Notes under the pieces: model-generated
What the model was told of the DNA's origin: nothing
Databases searched by the model: none
What the model saw: the letters and a program-made list of their open reading frames with translations, nothing else
Position numbers and translations under genes: made by a program
Part shown: positions 27,398 through 35,034 of the stretch, in pieces
Position numbering within the stretch: the first letter of the stretch is position 1
Layout of the letters: every line of letters starts with the position of its first letter
Virus record (IMG/VR): IMGVR_UViG_3300025016_000004
DNA length: 64,000 bases
Origin: a virus
Taxonomy: Duplodnaviria; Caudoviricetes
Direction: 5' to 3' (one strand)

Positions 27398-30300
27398 AAA
27401 AGAAAAAAGAGTTAAATATTTTAGCGGTGATGATTTAGCCGCAACGGTTTGGAATGATAAATACAAACTAGGGGATGAAGGTTCGGAAATTGAAGAATCT
27501 ACGCCAGCTGATATGCACTTAAGAATGGCAAAAGAATTTGCTAGAGTTGATGGTAAATATCAAGTAAAAGAATTAAAAAAATTATTGGATAATCCAGAAA
27601 TTAAACTTAGTGATTATGGATTTAATCGTAAAGATTTAACAGTTAAAGAAATATACGCTTTATTGGAGAATTTTGGTAAAATAGTTCCACAAGGTTCTGT
27701 TATGTCACAGTTAGGTAATGACGAACAAATTGGTTCATTATCTAATTGTTTTGTTATAGGACAACCTGAAGATTCTTATGGTGGAATTATGCTTAAAGAC
27801 CAAGAATTGGTTCAATTGATGAAACGTAGAGGTGGTGTAGGTATCGATATATCGTCATTAAGACCTAGTGAAACTCCAACATCAAATGCGGCCAAGAGTT
27901 CAACTGGTGCAGTTTCTTTTATGGAAAGATTTAGTAACTCAACTAGAGAAGTTGCTCAAAATGGTCGTAGAGGTGCACTTATGCTTTCAATTGATGTAAG
28001 ACATCCAGATGTAGCTGATTTCGTTAAGATTAAGAATGATAGAACCAAAGTTACTGGTGCTAACATATCAGTTTCATTAAGAGATGATTTCATGAAAGCG
28101 GTTAAAGCTGATGGGGATTATATTTTAAGATATCCAATTAATGAAGAAATACACCCTGAATGGGATGGATTGAATGAATATGAATATAATAAATTATATA
28201 CGCTAGAAGATGCTAATAACGTTAAAACTTGGGTTAAAAAAATTAAAGCTAAAGAATTATATGACCTTATAATTGAGAATGCTTGGGACAACGCTGAACC
28301 TGGTCAGATTTTCATTGATAGACACTGGGATTATAGCCCTGATGGTGTTTATCCAGAATATAGAGGTATAACTACAAACCCTTCATTGCGTCATGATACA
28401 TTAATACAAACTGATTTAGGGTTATACCCTATAAAGGAATTAGCTGAAAGTGATGGGTTAACAATCGTTAAAAATATTAAAAATGAATGGCAAGTTGGTA
28501 AAGTGTTTTTATCTGGTAAAGGTAAAGAATTGTATAAAATTACTTTTACTAATGGATATGAAGTATATTGCACTGCTGAGCATAAATGGCCGATATTGAA
28601 TTCACAGAAAAATATTTTTAATAAAGTGAATGGTTCGGTTTTGAAAAAAAGGACTGATGAGTTAATGTTTGGACACCCAAAACTTGGTGGTGATAGAACA
28701 CATTTAGAGTTTAACCCTAATTATGAGGGTAATGTGAGTTGTAAATTAACAAAAAATGATGGATTTTTAAGTGGTTATTGGTTAGGTGATGGACACACTT
28801 CGATAACAACTGAGGGAGTTAAACAATACGGATTTATAGTATCTGATGATGAATTATTAGATTGTGGCGATAAATTACTTAATATAATCGGTGAAAATAA
28901 AATAAAAAACACTAACAATAATTTTAATAGAGACCATGAAAGTGAAGCATACTCACTATATATTAGCGAGATTGGATTCAGAGAGTATTGTGATAGATTA
29001 AAATTAGGGTATGATAAAATTAATGGGATACCCGAAACAGTTTTCAAAAGTGGTAATAAATTTATAAAAGGGTTTATAGATGGATTGTTTTCTGCTGATG
29101 GCTCTGTGTGGGCTAATGAAGATTTAGTACATAGTAGAGTTACATTAACAAGTAGTAGATTTAACATAGTAAAAGACGTTCAAAAATTATTAAATTTATT
29201 TGGAATTTCTAGTAATATACAAGAGCGTAAAGATAAGTTAAATGATAAAACGTTTACTGGGTATAATTTAGTTATTAGTGGGGTACACAGTAGGAAATTT
29301 GCAACGTGTTTTACTTTAACTTCTAAAGATAAACAAGATAAATTAGATACTATATTAAATTATGAAAACACATATAAAGATAATAGAGAGTATTTAATTA
29401 TTAAAAATGTTGAACCAACTGGTATTTTTGAGGATGTGTATGATATAACAGTATTTGATGATACACACACTTTTAAAGGAGAGTTTGGTACGACTGGTAA
29501 TTGTGGTGAAATATTTATGCAACCATATGATGCTTGTAGATTAATGGCATTGAATTTTTATTCATTTGTAGATAACCCATTTACTAAAAACGCTAGAGTC
29601 AATTATCAAGCTGTATATGAAGCGGCCTACGAGCAACAAAGATTAGCTGATGATTTAGTTGATTTAGAATTAGAAAAAATTGATAGAATTATCGCTAAGG
29701 TTAAAAATGACCCTGAAAGCGAAATGACAAAAGCTGTTGAATTACAACTTTGGGAAAATATCCGTAAAGTTGCAGCTTCTGGTAGAAGAACTGGATGTGG
29801 TTTTACTGGGTTAGGTGATATGATTGCGGCCACTGGTGTTGATTATGATTCTGAAGAAGGGTTAGATATCATTGATAAGGTTATGAGGGCTAAAATGAGC
29901 GGTGAGTTAGACTGTACTATCGATTTAGCAGCTCTTAGAGGTCATTTCGATGGATATAACAACGAATTAGAGTATTCTGATGGTGTAGGCACCAATGAGT
30001 TCTTTAAGATGCTTAAAACTGAGTTTAAAGAGCAATATGATAGAATGATTATTTATGGAAGAAGAAACGTATCATTCTCAACGGTTGCACCTACAGGTTG
30101 CTTAGTTAAAGAAACTAAACTAAAAACAAATCGAGGTATCATTGAATTGAAAGATTTATTTTTAATTAATGGTATTGATATAGATAAATTAAAAAATGAA
30201 AAAAATATTTGGTTTGATATTGAAGAAGAAATAATGGTTTATGATATTAATGGTGGTGAACATAAAATAAATAAATTATATTGGAATGGTTATAGTAAAA

Positions 30301-30443
30301 CTAAAAAAATTAAATTGGGTAATAATGAAAGTGTTGAATCTAGTACCGAACATAAGTGGTTGGTTAGGGTTTCTGAAACTGAGGCTAAATGGGTTAGAGC
30401 TGACGAATTGAAAATTTCTGATAAAATTATTAAAATAAATTAA
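27363..30443 (+). CDS. nrdJ: Class II (B12-dependent) ribonucleotide reductase, N-terminal fragment (contiguous intein plus split-intein N half)
   Basis: SLSNCFV, RRGGVG, QNGRRGALM, EPG, TNP|CGE, RRTGCG, TVAPTG motifs. Alternative start at 27387. Confidence 0.9.
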   Translation: MIKKKKQRMLTKKEKRVKYFSGDDLAATVWNDKYKLGDEGSEIEESTPADMHLRMAKEFARVDGKYQVKELKKLLDNPEIKLSDYGFNRKDLTVKEIYALLENFGKIVPQGSVMSQLGNDEQIGSLSNCFVIGQPEDSYGGIMLKDQELVQLMKRRGGVGIDISSLRPSETPTSNAAKSSTGAVSFMERFSNSTREVAQNGRRGALMLSIDVRHPDVADFVKIKNDRTKVTGANISVSLRDDFMKAVKADGDYILRYPINEEIHPEWDGLNEYEYNKLYTLEDANNVKTWVKKIKAKELYDLIIENAWDNAEPGQIFIDRHWDYSPDGVYPEYRGITTNPSLRHDTLIQTDLGLYPIKELAESDGLTIVKNIKNEWQVGKVFLSGKGKELYKITFTNGYEVYCTAEHKWPILNSQKNIFNKVNGSVLKKRTDELMFGHPKLGGDRTHLEFNPNYEGNVSCKLTKNDGFLSGYWLGDGHTSITTEGVKQYGFIVSDDELLDCGDKLLNIIGENKIKNTNNNFNRDHESEAYSLYISEIGFREYCDRLKLGYDKINGIPETVFKSGNKFIKGFIDGLFSADGSVWANEDLVHSRVTLTSSRFNIVKDVQKLLNLFGISSNIQERKDKLNDKTFTGYNLVISGVHSRKFATCFTLTSKDKQDKLDTILNYENTYKDNREYLIIKNVEPTGIFEDVYDITVFDDTHTFKGEFGTTGNCGEIFMQPYDACRLMALNFYSFVDNPFTKNARVNYQAVYEAAYEQQRLADDLVDLELEKIDRIIAKVKNDPESEMTKAVELQLWENIRKVAASGRRTGCGFTGLGDMIAATGVDYDSEEGLDIIDKVMRAKMSGELDCTIDLAALRGHFDGYNNELEYSDGVGTNEFFKMLKTEFKEQYDRMIIYGRRNVSFSTVAPTGCLVKETKLKTNRGIIELKDLFLINGIDIDKLKNEKNIWFDIEEEIMVYDINGGEHKINKLYWNGYSKTKKIKLGNNESVESSTEHKWLVRVSETEAKWVRADELKISDKIIKIN
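28383..29501 (+). mobile_element. Intein (373 aa) with LAGLIDADG endonuclease at the NrdJ catalytic Cys
   Basis: TNP|SLRHDT...YCTAEHKW...LSGYWLGDG...IDGLFSADG...DVYDITV...TTGN|CGE. Confidence 0.88.
30099..30440 (+). mobile_element. Split intein N half (NrdJ), 114 aa
   Basis: APTG|CLVKET...SSTEHKW...WVRADELKISDKI then stop. Confidence 0.88.
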
Positions 30444-30487
30444 CTAAAACGCCCTTTGTTTTATACTTATTACAAAGGGCGTTAGTT
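30442..30487 (+). promoter_or_regulatory. Hairpin over the endonuclease initiation region with a TACTTAT motif in its loop
   Basis: Perfect 12-bp stem AACGCCCTTTGT/ACAAAGGGCGTT (30448-59/30472-83), extendable to the base before ATG 30488. Confidence 0.6.
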
Positions 30488-31600
30488 ATGAAAATAAAAT
30501 ATGTAGAATATTATAATGAATTGGTTAGTAAATATGGTGAAGAAGATGGGTTAAAAAAATATAAATCATTTTTGAGGTCATCAACATTAGAAACTTATAT
30601 TATTAAATTTGGTGAAAAGCGTGGTACAGATAAATTCAATAATAAGAAAAAGTCAGGAATATCACTAGAAAAAATGATTGAGAAATATGGTGAAAAAGAC
30701 GGTACTAATAGATATAATAATTGGTTATCTAAAATTAGGCAAGATTTACCAAATTTTATTAAGAGATATGGTGAAAAAGACGGATTAAAAAAATATAATG
30801 AATTTAAAGATAATTGTATTGTTAAAACAAAAATAAAAGAAAACCCCAACTCAAAATATAATAATAGGTTACATAATACTAGATATGAATTTTTTTTAGA
30901 AGAAAATAATGGTGATATTAATAAAGCTAAAAAACAATTAATTAAAAGACAAAGAACGAGTGATTTAAAATCTTTCATTAAAAAACACGGCTTAATAGAG
31001 GGTGAAAAAAAATATAAATTAGCTAATAAAAAAAAATCTAATAATATTAAGAATTTTATTAGATTATATGGTGATGTTGAAGGTAATAGACGATATTTTA
31101 ATTATATTAAAAAACTAAAATATATTCATAGTGAAAAATATTATTTAGATAAGTATGGTGAAATAGAAGGTAAAGTTAGGTGGGTAGAATTGATTAATAA
31201 AAAAACTAATAATTTTATTAATGGTCAATCTAAAATTGGTGATGAATTTTGTAATAATTTATTTAATGAAATAAAAAAAGATGTTGATGATAAATATTAT
31301 TTTTCTGAAAATGAATATAAATTCTTTATTCATGATGAAGAATATAAAATAATTCAGCCAGATTTTTTAATTAAAGAAAGTAAAATAGTTGTTGAATTTT
31401 ATGGTGATTACTGGCATAGAAATCCAGAAATATATAATGATGATATTTCAAAAATAATTAGGGAAAAAGATGAAGAAAGGATAAAAAAAATAGAATCTTT
31501 AGGGTATATCATATATATTATATGGGAAAAGGAATATCGTTTAAATAAAATTGGAGTAATAAAAAATTTAAGTAATAAAATAATTAATAAAATAAAATAA
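30488..31600 (+). CDS. Free-standing Vsr/DUF559-like homing endonuclease between the NrdJ split-intein halves
   Basis: About 7 [KR]YGxxxG repeats plus PDFLIKESKIVVEFYGDYWH...KDEERIK...GY...IWE. Confidence 0.8.
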   Translation: MKIKYVEYYNELVSKYGEEDGLKKYKSFLRSSTLETYIIKFGEKRGTDKFNNKKKSGISLEKMIEKYGEKDGTNRYNNWLSKIRQDLPNFIKRYGEKDGLKKYNEFKDNCIVKTKIKENPNSKYNNRLHNTRYEFFLEENNGDINKAKKQLIKRQRTSDLKSFIKKHGLIEGEKKYKLANKKKSNNIKNFIRLYGDVEGNRRYFNYIKKLKYIHSEKYYLDKYGEIEGKVRWVELINKKTNNFINGQSKIGDEFCNNLFNEIKKDVDDKYYFSENEYKFFIHDEEYKIIQPDFLIKESKIVVEFYGDYWHRNPEIYNDDISKIIREKDEERIKKIESLGYIIYIIWEKEYRLNKIGVIKNLSNKIINKIK

Positions 31601-31752
31601 TGAAGGAAAATAACGAAATAATTGATATTAGTAATGTTAATTACAGTGAATGTGAAATATTAGATATTGTAGATGGATATGATTATACTATGGATTTTGA
31701 GGTGGGTGATACACATTACTATACATTAGAAAATGGTTTAGTGAGTCATAAT
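31600..31752 (+). mobile_element. Split intein C half (NrdJ), 51 aa
   Basis: DYTMDFEV...YTLENGLVSHN, +1 Ser. Confidence 0.88.
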
Positions 31753-32811
31753 AGTGTGAGTATTCTTACTCAAACTACTTCGGGGTTAGAGCCAGTATTT
31801 TCCGTATTCCCTTATTTAAGACGTAAAAAGTTAAACCCTAACGATAAAAACGCTAGAGTAGATTTTACTGATGATAATGGTGACCAATGGCAAGAGTTTT
31901 CAGTAACTCATAAACCGCTTATGGATTATATCAAAATCAATAAATTGGATGAAGCAATCACTGAATTAAATGATAAAATGAATAAAACCAAAGCTGAAGA
32001 AGAAGATTTAGTTTCTAAAGTGGTGATGTTCATAACCAATAACCCTAATCCGTATAGCAATAGTAGTGCTAATGACATTGATTGGATTGAAAGGGTTAAA
32101 ATTCAATCAATAATTCAGAAATATACAACCCATTCAATTAGTTCAACAATTAATTTACCTACTGATGTAACTAAAGAGGAAGTTTCTGAAATTTACATCA
32201 AAGCTTGGGATATGAATTTGAAGGGTGTTACTATTTATCGTGATGGTTGTAGAACTGGAGTTTTAGTTACTAAAACTGACCCTAAAGAAGATGAAATTGT
32301 TTATACAGACGCACCAAAAAGACCTGAAAAATTAGAATGTGAAATTTATCATTCTAAAGTAAAAGGTAAAATTTATACAGTAATAATTGGATTATTAAAA
32401 GGTAAAGTTTATGAAGTATTTGCTAGTGATGAAGAAATTGGTAAAGGTTATACTGAAGCTTATAATAAGAAAATTAAATCTGGTCATTATAGTCTTATAA
32501 CTAGAGGTACTGAAGAAATGATTTATGATAATATCGGTAGCAATATGACTGATGAAGAAGAGATGTTCACAAGAGGGTTATCAGCTGCATTAAGACATGG
32601 TATGCATGTTAAATTCGCTGTTGAAATGTGTAACAATGGGAAGGGTGATATCACTTCATTTACAAAGGTTATTGCTAGAACTCTTAAGAGATATATTGAG
32701 GATGGAACTTCTTCATCTAAAAAATGTCTTGATTGCGGTGCAGAAAATAGTATTATTTATGAAGAAGGTTGTCAGCGATGTAAAATCTGTGGTAGTTCTA
32801 AATGTGGTTAA
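31600..32811 (+). CDS. nrdJ: NrdJ C-terminal fragment with split-intein C half; TSCPD-like domain and C-terminal Zn ribbon
   Basis: 51-aa IntC ending LVSHN|S, then SGLEPVF, THSISSTINLP, LKGVTIYRDGCR, CLDCG...EGCQRCKICGSSKC. Confidence 0.9.
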   Translation: MKENNEIIDISNVNYSECEILDIVDGYDYTMDFEVGDTHYYTLENGLVSHNSVSILTQTTSGLEPVFSVFPYLRRKKLNPNDKNARVDFTDDNGDQWQEFSVTHKPLMDYIKINKLDEAITELNDKMNKTKAEEEDLVSKVVMFITNNPNPYSNSSANDIDWIERVKIQSIIQKYTTHSISSTINLPTDVTKEEVSEIYIKAWDMNLKGVTIYRDGCRTGVLVTKTDPKEDEIVYTDAPKRPEKLECEIYHSKVKGKIYTVIIGLLKGKVYEVFASDEEIGKGYTEAYNKKIKSGHYSLITRGTEEMIYDNIGSNMTDEEEMFTRGLSAALRHGMHVKFAVEMCNNGKGDITSFTKVIARTLKRYIEDGTSSSKKCLDCGAENSIIYEEGCQRCKICGSSKCG

Positions 32812-32847
32812 TTTTTAACAGCTTCCCTTATCATTTATGTTAAGGCC

Positions 32848-32892
32848 AAGAGGTGTAAGTCATATAGAATTAGACTTACACCTCTTTTTTTT
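32848..32892 (+). terminator. Intrinsic terminator ending the replication operon
   Basis: Perfect 14-bp stem AAGAGGTGTAAGTC/GACTTACACCTCTT plus a T run. Confidence 0.85.
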
Positions 32893-32913
32893 GTTTAAAA
32901 CTTTACTTTTAGA

Positions 32914-32920
32914 TATTTAT
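32914..32920 (+). promoter_or_regulatory. TATTTAT putative late-promoter motif
   Basis: 14 nt upstream of ATG 32935, just after the terminator. Confidence 0.55.
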
Positions 32921-32934
32921 TAGTAAATAAAGTC

Positions 32935-33318
32935 ATGGCAAATAAGAGTATTAATATTAACTTCCCCTTTAAAGATAGTCCAAAAGGGTTCTTTTTAGAT
33001 TTAAATACCGTTGATAATAAAGCAATCAAGGCTGATTTATTACATTTAATTCTAACCAATAAGGGTGAACGTTTATATTTACCTGATTTTGGAACCAATT
33101 TAAGAAAATATTTATTTAATCCTTATGATGGAATTACTGAAAGTGAGATAAAATCTGAAATTAGTGAAGCCATTAAAAAATACATTCCTAATTTGAAAGT
33201 AAATTCAATAACTTTCGAAGAAGCACCTCAAAGTCAATATGGTGCTGTAGTTAAATTAGAGTACACTATCACTGAAGATGTATTCGAAACTCGTGACATG
33301 ATTATTATTCAGTTATAA
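32935..33318 (+). CDS. Baseplate wedge subunit (T4 gp25-like)
   Basis: LILTNKGERLYLPDFGTNLRKYLF motif; 127 aa. Confidence 0.9.
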   Translation: MANKSININFPFKDSPKGFFLDLNTVDNKAIKADLLHLILTNKGERLYLPDFGTNLRKYLFNPYDGITESEIKSEISEAIKKYIPNLKVNSITFEEAPQSQYGAVVKLEYTITEDVFETRDMIIIQL

Positions 33319-34930
33319 TTTCATATTTTAAATTACCAGAATCGTAAATCCTATATAAACCTAATTTTTGTGTAATCTCATTTTCTGTTAAGTTTGAATC
33401 ATAACCCATTTTAACTAATTTATGTTTTTGATATTTAAATCTATTCTCTCTTATTTTTAAAACATCATTAAATAATGTGTAATTAGGTAACGAAGCATGT
33501 TTAAATTCAAACCCTAAATTTTTATATAAATTACCAGAACTCCACCTTCTATCAGCATAGGATATAATTGATTTGGGTTTATAAGTTTTAACAAAGTATT
33601 TAAATAACTTACTAGCACCACCAATGACTGTAGTATCTAATTTATTACAAAATCTAATTAATTCCCACTCAGAGTTACCAAATATTTTTCTTTTACCAAA
33701 AGTCATTAGACTAATTAACTCATCATCATAATATAACCCTAATTTAATTTTAGAATTAACATTACCTTGAATATGGTTATTATCTAAAAATATCTTACTT
33801 GTTTTACTATCTATTAATTTTACAATAGTGTTTCTACCATAAATTCTATTCTTACTTAATCCCAATAAATTTTTCAATCTTGATTTAACAATTTCTTTTT
33901 TATAAACCCATTCATCTTCGAATAGGTGAATTAATTGAATACCTTTAGATTCACATAATTTAGTTTTATTTAAGTGATATTTTTTATCTTTATATATTTC
34001 TGAATGCCAATACAACCCATTAATTTCAATACCTATTTTTTTAGATGGTATGTAAATATCTAATTCTTTACCACCCAATACAGACCTATCATTTTTAATA
34101 AAATTTAAATCAATTGATTTAATAAAATCAATAACTTCCATTTCAATTATTGATGTTGAATTGGTACACTTTTTACAACCATAGTTATTTATATGGTATA
34201 AGGGTGTTTCTTTTACTAATCCGTGAGTTTTACAAATAATATCAACTTCAGTGGTCAAATCAATATATTTTACTTTAGAATAATCATATTTATTACCATG
34301 AATTTTTTTAGCTTTAGTTATAAATGATTTAGTGTCAAATACTCTACCTAAACAACTTAAACAACCTTGACCTTTTGATAAATGATTATTCGGTAATATA
34401 TCAAACTCACCATGTTTAGGGCAAATAATTGTTATATTAGTTTTAGTGTCAACATATTTTACTTTAGAATAATCATATCTATCACCATGAATTTTTTTAG
34501 CTTTAGTTATAAAAATTTTGGTATCTAATTTAGCAGTTCCACCACAATATTTACACCCTTTACCTTTTATATGATTATCAGGTATTTGTTGAAATTCACC
34601 ATGTTTAGGACAAATTATTATAACTTTATTCTTATTTCCAGAGTATTTTACTTTAGAATAATTATATCTATCACCATGAATTTTTTTAGATTCATTTATA
34701 AATTCTTCATTTGTTTTTAATTGAGATAACCCAAATTCTATATTTTTACATTTTGGACAACCTTGATTTCTATTTAAATGGTGCACTGGGGTTTTATAAA
34801 ATTCACCATGTTTAGGGCAAACTATAATAACTTTATCATTATTTCTAACATACACTACTTTAGAATAATCATATCTATCACCATGAATTTTTTTAGATTC
34901 ATTTATAAATTTTTTAGTTGTTTTTTTCAT
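33305..34930 (-). CDS. Putative free-standing homing endonuclease (Zn CPxHG repeats plus Hef-like PD-(D/E)xK domain)
   Basis: The track strand label is wrong: CAT at 34928-34930 and TTA at 33305-33307 place the protein on the - strand. Four C-x-x-HG repeats; ELDIYIP...IEINGLYWH...HLFEDEW. Confidence 0.8.
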   Translation of the reverse strand: MKKTTKKFINESKKIHGDRYDYSKVVYVRNNDKVIIVCPKHGEFYKTPVHHLNRNQGCPKCKNIEFGLSQLKTNEEFINESKKIHGDRYNYSKVKYSGNKNKVIIICPKHGEFQQIPDNHIKGKGCKYCGGTAKLDTKIFITKAKKIHGDRYDYSKVKYVDTKTNITIICPKHGEFDILPNNHLSKGQGCLSCLGRVFDTKSFITKAKKIHGNKYDYSKVKYIDLTTEVDIICKTHGLVKETPLYHINNYGCKKCTNSTSIIEMEVIDFIKSIDLNFIKNDRSVLGGKELDIYIPSKKIGIEINGLYWHSEIYKDKKYHLNKTKLCESKGIQLIHLFEDEWVYKKEIVKSRLKNLLGLSKNRIYGRNTIVKLIDSKTSKIFLDNNHIQGNVNSKIKLGLYYDDELISLMTFGKRKIFGNSEWELIRFCNKLDTTVIGGASKLFKYFVKTYKPKSIISYADRRWSSGNLYKNLGFEFKHASLPNYTLFNDVLKIRENRFKYQKHKLVKMGYDSNLTENEITQKLGLYRIYDSGNLKYEIITE

Positions 34931-34947
34931 ACCTATTTAAATATACC

Positions 34948-34954
34948 ATAAATA
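34948..34954 (-). promoter_or_regulatory. TATTTAT putative late-promoter motif (minus strand)
   Basis: ATAAATA on the + strand, 17 nt upstream of minus-strand ATG 34930. Confidence 0.5.
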
Positions 34955-35014
34955 TACTAAAAAATAATTAAAAAACCTAATTTACTTTATTTTTTATAAA
35001 AATTATTTATCTTA

Positions 35015-35021
35015 TATTTAT
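35015..35021 (+). promoter_or_regulatory. TATTTAT putative late-promoter motif
   Basis: 13 nt upstream of ATG 35035; second copy at 35004-35010. Confidence 0.5.
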
Positions 35022-35034
35022 AATAAAACAAATT

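Noticed and set aside
25680-31600. Group I/II introns as the explanation for the split dnaB and nrdJ
   Set aside because: The intervening DNA is almost wholly ORF with no intron core, and both flanks carry complete intein blocks, which indicates protein trans-splicing.
33305-34930. Track annotation of this ORF on the + strand
   Set aside because: The listed protein is the reverse-complement translation: ATG is at 34930-34928 and the stop at 33307-33305.
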